A stretch of 64,000 nt of DNA from the IMG/VR virus record IMGVR_UViG_3300027754_005401. The stretch is one strand, 5' to 3'. A model generated the notes under the pieces. It saw nothing but the letters and a program-made list of their open reading frames with translations. It made no database searches and was not told the origin of the DNA. This document shows, in pieces, positions 1 to 8,412 of this stretch. The position numbers were made by a program, and so were the translations under genes. Every line of letters starts with the position of its first letter. Position 1 is the stretch's first letter. Source of the DNA: an uncultured virus (IMG/VR IMGVR_UViG_3300027754_005401) (lineage: Duplodnaviria > Heunggongvirae > Uroviricota > Caudoviricetes).

Positions 1-115
1 CAGGAGTTGTTGCTTCTGGAACAGGAGTTGTTGCTTCTGGAACAGGAGTTGTTGCTTCTGGAACAGGAGTTGTTGCTTCTGGAACAGGAGTTGTTGCTTC
101 TGGAACAGGAGTTGT
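1..115. repeat. 21-bp tandem repeat caggagttgttgcttctggaa, 5 full copies plus a partial
   Basis: Directly visible; encodes VPEATTP on the minus strand. Confidence 0.95.
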
Positions 116-295
116 AGTTGGAATTGTACCAATTACTTCAATTTCTGCTTTAGGATTACCTTCTTTGTATTTATCAATACATAATTGTAAACCGCCAGCA
201 TCTTCAATTATTGAATTACTCCAAATACTCATAACAATGTCATCTTTATTAGTAACTACTACTCTTGTTTCTTCAATTTTAACTTTAATCTTCAT
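1..295 (-). CDS. Partial hypothetical protein with Thr/Pro-rich (VPEATTP)n tail; runs off the window edge
   Basis: Manual translation from ATG at 295: MKIKVKIEETRVVVTNKDDIVMSIWSNSIIEDAGGLQLCIDKYKEGNPKAEIEVIGTIPTTTP(VPEATTP)n. ATGA overlap with the stop of 292..675. Not in the ORF track. Confidence 0.8.
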   Translation of the reverse strand, partial: MKIKVKIEETRVVVTNKDDIVMSIWSNSIIEDAGGLQLCIDKYKEGNPKAEIEVIGTIPTTTPVPEATTPVPEATTPVPEATTPVPEATTPVPEATTP

Positions 296-675
296 TTTGG
301 ACTCCTTTTAACATGATGTTTGCCATCTATTTCTGTTATTTCACAACCAAATTTTTTGTACCATTTTAATAATTTTTCTTGGTTCATTCCCAAAAAAAAC
401 TTATCTTTTTTTGTAACAGAAGGCCCAACTAATGTTGGATAAGCTATTCCTAACATTGTAATTTTATTTTTATCTGCTAAATTACATAAAAACTTGCAAG
501 TTTTATTTGCCTCAAAAGGATTGAATGAAATTATTTTTATTAATTTAAAAGTACTTTCATTAATCATTTTGCATCTTAGAAGAGTTTCCCCATGTTTCAA
601 ATGATGTCCACATGGGGATGTATTTTTATTTAACTCTTCCCAAAAAGAATTATCAATAGGTGTAATAATATTCAC
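292..675 (-). CDS. GNAT-like acyltransferase-fold protein
   Basis: Pattern LCNLADKNKITMLGIAYP...LLKWYKKFG resembles GNAT beta5 and the WY..FGF motif; the usual GxG CoA-binding loop is not evident. Confidence 0.5.
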   Translation of the reverse strand: MNIITPIDNSFWEELNKNTSPCGHHLKHGETLLRCKMINESTFKLIKIISFNPFEANKTCKFLCNLADKNKITMLGIAYPTLVGPSVTKKDKFFLGMNQEKLLKWYKKFGCEITEIDGKHHVKRSPK

Positions 676-686
676 CTATAATGAAA

Positions 687-1046
687 TTAATTATCATAGT
701 CGCCATCAACAAACTTACCATTTGCATCTTTGATAACTAAGAAATCAACATCTCTTTTCTTGTTTCCTGAAATGGTAAAGCTAGTTACAAGACCATCACC
801 ATTTACATTTTTATAAAGACCCCAAGCTTTGCCAGCAGTAACAATAGTTAATTTTTCTGGAACATCCCAAACATATTCAGGAAGTTCAACATTGGCTTCT
901 CCATTATTACCTTCTTCAATATAAACAGTTCCACTATAAACAACATGTGGATCTAAAATAGAAACATATTGTGTTCTATTGTTTAATGGCCCTTTGTTAG
1001 GCTCTCCTGCACCATTGCCAACACCTGTAACACTTGAAGCACCCAT
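687..1046 (-). CDS. MGASS-tag family protein 1 (putative virion decoration or fibre protein)
   Basis: N-terminus MGASSVTGVGNGAG shared with three neighbours; RBS aaggag upstream; beta-rich C-terminal domain. Confidence 0.6.
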   Translation of the reverse strand: MGASSVTGVGNGAGEPNKGPLNNRTQYVSILDPHVVYSGTVYIEEGNNGEANVELPEYVWDVPEKLTIVTAGKAWGLYKNVNGDGLVTSFTISGNKKRDVDFLVIKDANGKFVDGDYDN

Positions 1047-1119
1047 AATATTCTCCTTTTTATAATTGTTAAAATAAACAATTCTTATACTATCTATTAA
1101 TTTTAAAAAATATCTTACA

Positions 1120-1153
1120 AATAAATATACTCATGTAGATGAGTATATTTATT
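1120..1153. terminator. Inverted repeat, probable intrinsic terminator
   Basis: aataaatatactcat-gtag-atgagtatatttatt: perfect 15-bp arms just after the stop of 1160..1693. Confidence 0.7.
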
Positions 1154-1159
1154 AAGATA

Positions 1160-1693
1160 CTAAAGTGCAGCTATTGCTGTTTTAAAAGCAGCAAAATCAG
1201 CACAGCTAGAAACTAAAGTCTTTAAATCAGATATTTTAATCCAAATATTATTGTTATTAAAATCTTTAATATCTCCGCCATCTGGTAATGTCATAATGCC
1301 ATTATCATGAAATCTCCAGTTGTTATTATCAACATCAATGTTTACTTGATGTTCATCGCTAGCACTATCTCCACCATCAAGATTATCATCAAGGCTGTGA
1401 TTGCCTACAGTAATACTTACAGCAGGACCATAATTTTCTTCCATGTCTCTTTGACCACCCCACCATAATCCTAAATATTCTGTATTACTTGAAGCCCAAA
1501 TTACTGATTCTTGATCAAGAGATTCCTGATCTGATGCCCATAGTGTTCCAACTAAAAGATCACCAGTAAAGGCAGTAAGGTCTACTATGTTTGATAAATT
1601 CCTTACATTTTCTGGTTTAATATTATTTTGAATTCTTGGAAAAGAATTCTCCACTGCTCCACTACCTGTACCTTCTGTTGATGTTGCTCCCAT
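1160..1693 (-). CDS. MGASS-tag family protein 2 (start revised to ATG at 1693)
   Basis: MGATSTEGTGSGAVE N-terminus preceded by RBS gaaagga; the longer ORF-track start runs through a terminator hairpin. Confidence 0.65.
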   Translation of the reverse strand: MGATSTEGTGSGAVENSFPRIQNNIKPENVRNLSNIVDLTAFTGDLLVGTLWASDQESLDQESVIWASSNTEYLGLWWGGQRDMEENYGPAVSITVGNHSLDDNLDGGDSASDEHQVNIDVDNNNWRFHDNGIMTLPDGGDIKDFNNNNIWIKISDLKTLVSSCADFAAFKTAIAAL

Positions 1694-1710
1694 AATTATT
1701 TTCCTTTCTA

Positions 1711-1750
1711 TAAAAAAAATATTACAGGGTTTTATAAACCCTGTAATATT
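1711..1750 (-). terminator. Intrinsic terminator
   Basis: aatattacagggttt-tat-aaaccctgtaatatt hairpin followed by a T-run on the minus strand. Confidence 0.75.
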
Positions 1751-1763
1751 AAGTTGCATTACA

Positions 1764-2174
1764 TTAAATTACATTAAGACCATACTTAACAACTTGATAC
1801 ATGAATACTCTTTCATCATTATCGCCTGTATGAAGATTGAAGCCACCGAATCCACTATCCCAACCTTCATCAGCATTGTTGCCGTTGGCATCAAGCTTTT
1901 CGATATGTGGTGGATAGTTATTACGACCATCACTATTAGTAAAGTCAGATTGCATAGCAAAAACGCCATACTTTTCTGGACCTTCTGGAAATTCTGGTAG
2001 CCTCACAATAACTTGCCAATTGCCAGAACCTGTAGTATCTGGCTCTGTGGTACATTCTCCACATGCTACCACAACACAACCAGCACCTATTGGAGCAAAA
2101 TAATCACGACCATTGTGTGGCCCTTTGGTAAAAGCTGCACCAACGCCTGTACCAGTAACACTTGAAGCACCCAT
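1764..2174 (-). CDS. MGASS-tag family protein 3
   Basis: MGASSVTGTGVGAAFTKGP N-terminus; beta-rich C-terminal domain ending FMYQVVKYG. Confidence 0.65.
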   Translation of the reverse strand: MGASSVTGTGVGAAFTKGPHNGRDYFAPIGAGCVVVACGECTTEPDTTGSGNWQVIVRLPEFPEGPEKYGVFAMQSDFTNSDGRNNYPPHIEKLDANGNNADEGWDSGFGGFNLHTGDNDERVFMYQVVKYGLNVI

Positions 2175-2578
2175 AATAAGTTCCTTTCTAAAAAACTTAA
2201 TTTTTAATTACAATCCTATTCCTTTATAAACTACCATATAGTTTACAACATCACTTCCACTTGCATATACAGTAAATTTCCAATTTGCATCAACTGCGGA
2301 AGCAGAAGTAGCAGCAGGACTAGAAGCATCAGTATTAGTTACTAATACAATCCATTCTGTATTATCATCACTTAATTGTGGTAATTGAACAACTTTTGAA
2401 CCGCCTGAACATGTTACAGAATTAGCTGCACCAATATAAGGCCCAATTAAGTGTGAAACTCCAAGAGTTTGACGACCACTAGCACCTTTGTTTGATGATT
2501 CAGCAGATCCTACACCTTTACCGCTAACACTAGAAGCACCCATAATAAGTTCCTTTCTAAAAAACTTAATTTTTAATT
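2164..2578. repeat. 46-bp perfect direct repeat (2164-2209 and 2533-2578) spanning the RBS and first codons of two MGASS genes
   Basis: gaagcacccataataagttcctttctaaaaaacttaatttttaatt occurs identically at both positions. Confidence 0.95.
2208..2543 (-). CDS. MGASS-tag family protein 4
   Basis: MGASSVSGKGVGSAESSNKG N-terminus; C-terminal ...FTVYASGSDVVNYMVVYKG. Confidence 0.65.
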   Translation of the reverse strand: MGASSVSGKGVGSAESSNKGASGRQTLGVSHLIGPYIGAANSVTCSGGSKVVQLPQLSDDNTEWIVLVTNTDASSPAATSASAVDANWKFTVYASGSDVVNYMVVYKGIGL

Positions 2579-2663
2579 TAATTAAAGTCTAATTTATATA
2601 TTTTTAATTTAAATTAATTATTTATTTTTTGGTTAGAATTCCTACCAAAAAAGTAAATAATAT

Positions 2664-3254
2664 ATGATTCAAAAATGGCAATACTTTGAAAGTAATTTAA
2701 CTTTAAGTGAAAGAGAATCACAAATTATAACAGGTACATTGCTTGGAACATCTTCTATTGTATTTCCTGATAAATCTAAGAATCCACATCTTTTAATGAG
2801 ATCTCCTAAGAAAGATCCAATTTGGATTAGATGTAAAGCTTTTGAATTAAAAAAACTATCTAGACCTAAATCTTTTATAGAAGATAAATATTATTATAGG
2901 TGGAATTCATCATCGACAGAATTATTAAAAAATCATTATAATATTTTTTATAAAAAAGGAACCAAACAAATATCTTTTAAATTATTAGAATCATTAAAAC
3001 CATTATCTATAGCTTGTTGGTTTTTAGATAAAGGATTTATCAATGAATATGAATGTGGATTAAAATTAAATACATCTAATAAATCACTTGAAAATATATT
3101 AAATTTTTTTAAATTATTAGACATTCCTTTATTTAAAAAACAAAACTATTACATTTTTAAAGAAAAGAAAAATGTAAATTCTTTTTTTAATATAATAAAA
3201 AATCATATACCAATTGAAATAAAAAAGAATATATTAATACATTTGGAATTTTAA
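2664..3254 (+). CDS. LAGLIDADG-type homing endonuclease-like protein, probably degenerate
   Basis: IITGTLLGTSSI (cf. GxLLGDG) and SIACWFLDKG (cf. LAxWFMDDG) match the two motifs of double-motif LAGLIDADG enzymes, with acidic residues substituted. Confidence 0.65.
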   Translation: MIQKWQYFESNLTLSERESQIITGTLLGTSSIVFPDKSKNPHLLMRSPKKDPIWIRCKAFELKKLSRPKSFIEDKYYYRWNSSSTELLKNHYNIFYKKGTKQISFKLLESLKPLSIACWFLDKGFINEYECGLKLNTSNKSLENILNFFKLLDIPLFKKQNYYIFKEKKNVNSFFNIIKNHIPIEIKKNILIHLEF

Positions 3255-3485
3255 GACATTATCATATAAATCTTTTAAAGTTATGCCTGTATTTAAATTA
3301 TTATAAATAGTATCGTCAACTTTAATTTTAAATTTAATCTCAATATCAAAAATAAGTTGCATCATATCCAAGGAATCAACTTTTAAATCAAAGATTTTTG
3401 TAATTTCGTTTATTTCATCTACAGAACATGAATCTGCTAAAGATTCACAGATAACTTCTTTGAATGTTTCAAAATTTAGTTCCAT
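3234..3485 (-). CDS. acpP: Acyl carrier protein
   Basis: 83-aa acidic protein with DLKVDSLDMMQLIFDIEIKFKIKV, the canonical DSL phosphopantetheine attachment motif and helix II; RBS ggag. Confidence 0.85.
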   Translation of the reverse strand: MELNFETFKEVICESLADSCSVDEINEITKIFDLKVDSLDMMQLIFDIEIKFKIKVDDTIYNNLNTGITLKDLYDNVLKFQMY

Positions 3486-3598
3486 GATATTCTCCGAATA
3501 TGTATCATAACTTTAATTATATTATTAATAATCATATTATGTGTCAAGTAAAAATTATTTATTGTTAAACTTTATAATTTTTTTTTATATATTTCTTT

Positions 3599-5149
3599 TT
3601 AAAGCGGTTCCTCACAATCTAAGAGTTGATTTTCTAATTCTTGAATTTCTTCATTTAATGTTTGAATCATATTAAGAAGTTGGTTTATATCGCCTTCTAA
3701 CTCATCATCTTTATCTTCGGCCTCACTTCTTTTTTCTCGCAGAGGTTTTAAGATAGAATTATAATATTCAAGTTCATCAAGCGTATATTGCGTAGTTTCT
3801 TTTTTTGTATTTTTTAAGTTATCAGCAAGGCTACGCACAGAAGCTATTCCATCGTTACCAATTCCATAGGCTGTATAATCAGGATTATTCATAATGTCAC
3901 CAATAGCTCTAAATCGCTCTTCGTTGTCTTCCTTATATTGCGATATTCTTAGCAGATCATATGGGTCTAGAATTTCGTTAGAATATATTTTTTGCAATTC
4001 TATATTGTTAAATTTTATGGAATTGTTTGCGAATTCATATTGTCTTACAAGGTCTATAATATTGGACACAATACCATATAATCTATCAATTTCATCTTGT
4101 ATTTGTTCATTATATTCATTATTAGAATCACTATTAGGATCATCTTCTATTAATTGGTTTATTTTATCATTTAATTCGTCATATTCTTTTTGAGTGTCAT
4201 TTAAATATTTTTGAGGTTCTTCTCGTTCTTTTGTTTTATCAGCAATACTTGTTTCCTTATTTAGTACTTGGATTTCTTTTTCTCTTATGTTTTCTCTTAT
4301 TGTATCACAATTTGGTCGTTGTGTTGTTGTACTTGTTGTTGTACTTGTTGTTGTACTTGTTGTTGTACTTGTTGTTGTACTTGTTGTTGTACTTGTTGTT
4401 GTACTTGTTGTTGTACTTGTTGTAGTCGTTGTAGTCGTTGTAGTTGGTGCTTCTGTTGTTGTAGGTGCTTCTGTTGTAGAACCATCACCGTCAAAAGAAA
4501 ATATTGTTCTTGTTCTTGTTCTTGCTATTGTTCTTGCTCTTGTTGTGGTAGGTGCTTCTGTTGTGGTAGGTGCTTCTGTTGTTGTAGGTGTACTTTTTGT
4601 ATGGCCATTACCGTCAAAAGAAAACATTGGTTTTGTTTTTATTTTATTTAAAGTAGAATTATTTAAATTTTTTATTGTTCTTTTAGATTGATTAATTCTG
4701 TCAAGTTCTACATAAGTATTTGTTAATTTATTTATACTAACTTTTGTTTTTTTTAATTTTTCTATTAGCTCTAATGTATTTTCTGTATTTTCTAGAAGAT
4801 TATTCTCTGTTTTTTTGAATTTACTTTGCAATGATGTAATTTTATTAGAAAATAAATTGTTTTTATCAATTGCAATATTTTTTTTATCTTTAACTAATTT
4901 TAAGTTTTGTTCAGTTGGATTATCAATATAATCATTAATAGTTTTTATTAATTCATCTGCTGAAACATTATTTCTTCTAAATGAATTTTTGCTATTATCA
5001 AATGATTGCTTGGTTTTTTTAAAACTTAAAGTACTTTTTTTTATATTATTTAAAAGTTTATTAGATTTTTCTATAGATTCTGTTGTATTTGATTTTATCA
5101 AATTAACAAATTGTCTTGCTTCTTTAATTTTAGATTTTATTTTTTTCAT
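3599..5149 (-). CDS. Coiled-coil protein with a central Thr-rich mucin-like linker
   Basis: Heptad-like N- and C-terminal regions; TTTEAP and TTTS repeats; duplicated FSFDG motif; lies directly downstream of the MCP gene. Confidence 0.65.
   Translation of the reverse strand: MKKIKSKIKEARQFVNLIKSNTTESIEKSNKLLNNIKKSTLSFKKTKQSFDNSKNSFRRNNVSADELIKTINDYIDNPTEQNLKLVKDKKNIAIDKNNLFSNKITSLQSKFKKTENNLLENTENTLELIEKLKKTKVSINKLTNTYVELDRINQSKRTIKNLNNSTLNKIKTKPMFSFDGNGHTKSTPTTTEAPTTTEAPTTTRARTIARTRTRTIFSFDGDGSTTEAPTTTEAPTTTTTTTTTSTTTSTTTSTTTSTTTSTTTSTTTSTTTSTTTQRPNCDTIRENIREKEIQVLNKETSIADKTKEREEPQKYLNDTQKEYDELNDKINQLIEDDPNSDSNNEYNEQIQDEIDRLYGIVSNIIDLVRQYEFANNSIKFNNIELQKIYSNEILDPYDLLRISQYKEDNEERFRAIGDIMNNPDYTAYGIGNDGIASVRSLADNLKNTKKETTQYTLDELEYYNSILKPLREKRSEAEDKDDELEGDINQLLNMIQTLNEEIQELENQLLDCEEPL
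4322..4417. repeat. 12-bp tandem repeat tgttgttgtact x8 encoding (STTT)n
   Basis: Directly visible. Confidence 0.9.
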
Positions 5150-5266
5150 ATATTATATATACTTTTATTTATTTTTTCAAAGAAGTTTATGAACTAAACA
5201 TAAGCTTGGATGATGTTTTAAATAATTCTGAAATAATTACACTTTTTAATAGCAAATAATATTAAA

Positions 5267-5306
5267 TAAAAAAACCCACTTAGTTTAACACTAAGTGGGG
5301 ATTTTT
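5267..5306 (-). terminator. Intrinsic terminator downstream of the major capsid gene
   Basis: cccacttagt-ttaac-actaagtggg hairpin with T-runs available on both strands. Confidence 0.8.
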
Positions 5307-5351
5307 TATTATTCTAAAGTTTTATGTTAGCTTAAGAATATAGTGTAAAAA

Positions 5352-6782
5352 TCAAATAATAAAATTTGCAATGGAAAGGCGAGCATAAAACTTCGAACCT
5401 TCACGCAATAGTTTCTTACCATAACGGGTAAGAATACCACGCCTTGGGCAGAAGCTTTCAGGATCAAGAACAGTAGGAGTCTGGGTGAGTGGAACATATG
5501 GGCAATAGAAATATCCACTGTCCATGTAACTGTCGCCCTTATAACCCATTAAGATCTGATTAGATTGGAATAATGGATCTTTGTATATTCTCCAACGATT
5601 GTTGATAGTACCAACATACTGTACACCTAAAGAAGAGGTGAAAGTTTCACTTGGTGCAGGTGCGAAACCAGCAGTTGCGGTTTCAAAGATTGAAGCAACT
5701 TCAGGGGAAGTTACTAACCAATTTGCACCACCACGCAAAGTTTTGCGATGGATAACATTGGAAACCTCAACTACTTTAACATAGAGGGATTCGTATTTTT
5801 CTTTAACCGTATCACCTAAAGCAGTGCTGTAATCCCAAGCTGCTACAGTTCCAGCATTCAAGCGAAGATCTTGAAGAATTTCACGATCAATTTCAAGATT
5901 GATTTCTTGAGCAAGAACAGCAGTCAATTCAGCTTCAGCGTCAAGATTGTGTTGGCTACGAAGATCTTGTTGAGCTTCATAAGACCATACTGCCTTCAAT
6001 TTACGAGTTTTTGCAACGATTTCTTCACTTTCAATTACAAGATTGATTTCGGGAAGATCTTGATTGCATTCCATGTTATACTGGTAATTGATAACAACAC
6101 TAGAAGCACCCAATGCGTTATTCGTAGTTAATGAAATTAAGCCAGTAGTATTATCAACGCTACCGCTAACAACCTTATCAGTAGGAGTACCAATATCAGT
6201 TGCACTAAAGCTATTAGAAGCACTAAAGTTGAAAGTCTGGATAGCAACACCGCCATCATAAACGGTTCCAGTGAAGGTTCCAGCTAAGATTGGAGTATGT
6301 TCAGCTACGAAAGTTAAACTAGTAGTTGCACCAGCATCGCTGTGAGATTCGTTTTGAACGAATTGGCTACTATAGTAAACATCAAGATTTGAAGTACCAT
6401 CAGCTAATTGTTGCAAGCTATTTGCATCATCGCCTGGAAATCCACCATTATTAGATGCACCACGAATTGCACCTTTATTGGATGAATAACGAAAACGGAG
6501 ATAATACACAAGACCAGTAGGCCCTAAAAGAGGTTGTACTGAAACAATCTTGTTAGCAATTAGTTGAGGATAAATCCTGCGTACTAAAGGAATACTGATT
6601 CGTTTGAACTGAGCAACATCTGAAGTGTCAGTTGAAATTTCGTTAATAAGTCTTTGATTTTCTAAGAGAACTGCTGTAGAAGAGCGAGTGTTAGGATCGG
6701 TAATGCCATCAAGGATGCCAGTAGTACCCCAACGAGAAACAAGCTCTTTACTCTCAGTTAAAAATTTTGCATTTGCGTTCAT
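5352..6782 (-). CDS. gp23: Major capsid protein, T4 gp23-like
   Basis: LLENQ, IPLVRR, VQPLLGPTGLVY, AKTRKLKAVWS.EAQQDL, EINLEIDREI, GYKG, FYCPYVPL, DPESFCP..GILTRYG. Confidence 0.97.
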   Translation of the reverse strand: MNANAKFLTESKELVSRWGTTGILDGITDPNTRSSTAVLLENQRLINEISTDTSDVAQFKRISIPLVRRIYPQLIANKIVSVQPLLGPTGLVYYLRFRYSSNKGAIRGASNNGGFPGDDANSLQQLADGTSNLDVYYSSQFVQNESHSDAGATTSLTFVAEHTPILAGTFTGTVYDGGVAIQTFNFSASNSFSATDIGTPTDKVVSGSVDNTTGLISLTTNNALGASSVVINYQYNMECNQDLPEINLVIESEEIVAKTRKLKAVWSYEAQQDLRSQHNLDAEAELTAVLAQEINLEIDREILQDLRLNAGTVAAWDYSTALGDTVKEKYESLYVKVVEVSNVIHRKTLRGGANWLVTSPEVASIFETATAGFAPAPSETFTSSLGVQYVGTINNRWRIYKDPLFQSNQILMGYKGDSYMDSGYFYCPYVPLTQTPTVLDPESFCPRRGILTRYGKKLLREGSKFYARLSIANFII

Positions 6783-6807
6783 TGTAAAAAAACCTTTCGT
6801 TTAAAAT

Positions 6808-7722
6808 TTAGTTGCTTTTCTTCACACCAGAAAGAACTAATAATTCGTTGTTTACACCGTTCCCAGAGTTATATTCCGCAATAACCTGAACATTATCGGT
6901 GTTGATATGTCCTCTCCCCGATGCATTCTTTACTTTTTCAACTCTTTCATTCTGCTCAGATATAATCTGGGCTTTTTTAACTTTAGAATTTTTAGATTCT
7001 AATGTATAATTATTTCTAGATTCATTTACCATACTATTAAACTTTTTAACGGTTTCATTAAGTTTGGTATTTTCAGTAGAAAGTCTAATGCTGCGAGCTT
7101 CTAGGATTCTAAGTTGACCACGAAGTTCTTCAACATTTTTATTGGATTCATTAATTTTATTAGTTGTAACAAAAGATATATCTTCATTTTTGATATAATC
7201 AGAAGTAAGATCAACGATTTTGTTAAGAACAACTTTATGTTCAACTAAAGATGGATCGCTAAGAATATCAGTTTTTGCTTGTTCATAAATTTCAGAACCT
7301 TTTTGTTGAAGGAATTGATCTACCTTTTCAACAATATATTCTTTCATTTCTGCCAATTTAGAATCGTATTCTTCATACAAAGAAGTTTCGATGTCTTTAT
7401 TTTTGCTGCGTTCATTAAGAAGCATTTGATATGCTTCTTCGTAACCTTCATCAAGAGAGTTATCGAATTCATCTTTTTGAGACTCTAAGCGATTGCGAAG
7501 GTCAGTGATAATTTCATAAGCTTCTTGATAACCCTTATAAGCAGTTTTTTCTGCTTTTTCTAAATCGGTAGTAAGCTGTTGATAAGCTTCCTCTAAATTA
7601 GAATTATATTCTTTTTCTATTTCTTCCTTAGCTGAGGATAGCATTTCCTTAACAGCCGAGGCAACTTCAACTAATTGATCCTGTGGGATCAAGTTTTTCA
7701 ATGATTCAGTAATTTTGTCCAT
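6808..7722 (-). CDS. Prohead core scaffolding protein, gp22-like
   Basis: Acidic coiled coil between the protease and MCP genes, as in T4 gene order 21-22-23; VEKVDQFL motif. Confidence 0.7.
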   Translation of the reverse strand: MDKITESLKNLIPQDQLVEVASAVKEMLSSAKEEIEKEYNSNLEEAYQQLTTDLEKAEKTAYKGYQEAYEIITDLRNRLESQKDEFDNSLDEGYEEAYQMLLNERSKNKDIETSLYEEYDSKLAEMKEYIVEKVDQFLQQKGSEIYEQAKTDILSDPSLVEHKVVLNKIVDLTSDYIKNEDISFVTTNKINESNKNVEELRGQLRILEARSIRLSTENTKLNETVKKFNSMVNESRNNYTLESKNSKVKKAQIISEQNERVEKVKNASGRGHINTDNVQVIAEYNSGNGVNNELLVLSGVKKSN

Positions 7723-7726
7723 TATC

Positions 7727-8392
7727 CTAACCTCTCTCTTTTAAGCTGGAAGTATGTGATTTAATAATTCCGCCAATGCAAGCAATTAAAGCGTTTTTAT
7801 TTACTTTATTATTTATGCTTGTATCATTATTTTTTTGAGAAATAATAGAATTATTTTCAGGAAAGTTTTGAAAGCCTTCCTTTGTTGCAACGATTTTTTC
7901 TTGAAAAGCACCATTTGTACTTGGATCTGCAACAATATCAAAAGTGATAAGTTTATAGCCTTCGCTAATAACTAAAACACCACTTTCGTTATTTTTTCCA
8001 TTTCCAACGCCACGGCTGCTGATGCCTACTCTTACACCATCGTTGATAAGTGCTCTAAGAGTTCTACCATAGGGTGTATTAAGGATTTCTCCTTCACCCA
8101 TTAAAGCATTGCCTTCCCACCATAATTTAGTAATTAAGTGAGATGCATGTTCAAAGTGAATAATAGAATCGGTTGGATGATCTAACTCTCCAACTAATCC
8201 TCTAGCTTTTATAATTTCATTTAAAGAATCTACATTGTTCTTTAAAACAGTTTCAGGGTATAACCTGCCATTTTTATTAGCTTCGTTACAAGCTTGGAAT
8301 TTGCCACGAAATTTTACAACTCCGTTACTTCCCTCATTAAGCGTGAGGTTAACTCCATTATTAAGGCAAGAATCTATTAATAACATACTCAT
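7727..8392 (-). CDS. gp21: Prohead protease, T4 gp21-like
   Basis: NKNGRLYP, GELDHP, HASH, GISSRGVG, FDIVADPS. Confidence 0.95.
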   Translation of the reverse strand: MSMLLIDSCLNNGVNLTLNEGSNGVVKFRGKFQACNEANKNGRLYPETVLKNNVDSLNEIIKARGLVGELDHPTDSIIHFEHASHLITKLWWEGNALMGEGEILNTPYGRTLRALINDGVRVGISSRGVGNGKNNESGVLVISEGYKLITFDIVADPSTNGAFQEKIVATKEGFQNFPENNSIISQKNNDTSINNKVNKNALIACIGGIIKSHTSSLKERG

Positions 8393-8412
8393 ATTACCTC
8401 CTTAATAATTGG

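Noticed and set aside
1..115. 21-bp repeats as a possible CRISPR array
   Set aside because: Repeats are contiguous without spacers and are in-frame coding (VPEATTP).
687..2543. MGASS proteins as RiPP precursor peptides
   Set aside because: The C-terminal parts are 90-150-aa domain-sized regions rather than short cores, and no RiPP maturase was recognised nearby.
4231..4691. Poly-Cys, poly-Val, poly-Leu and poly-Gln ORFs
   Set aside because: Alternative-frame readings of the Thr-coding microsatellite within 3599..5149.
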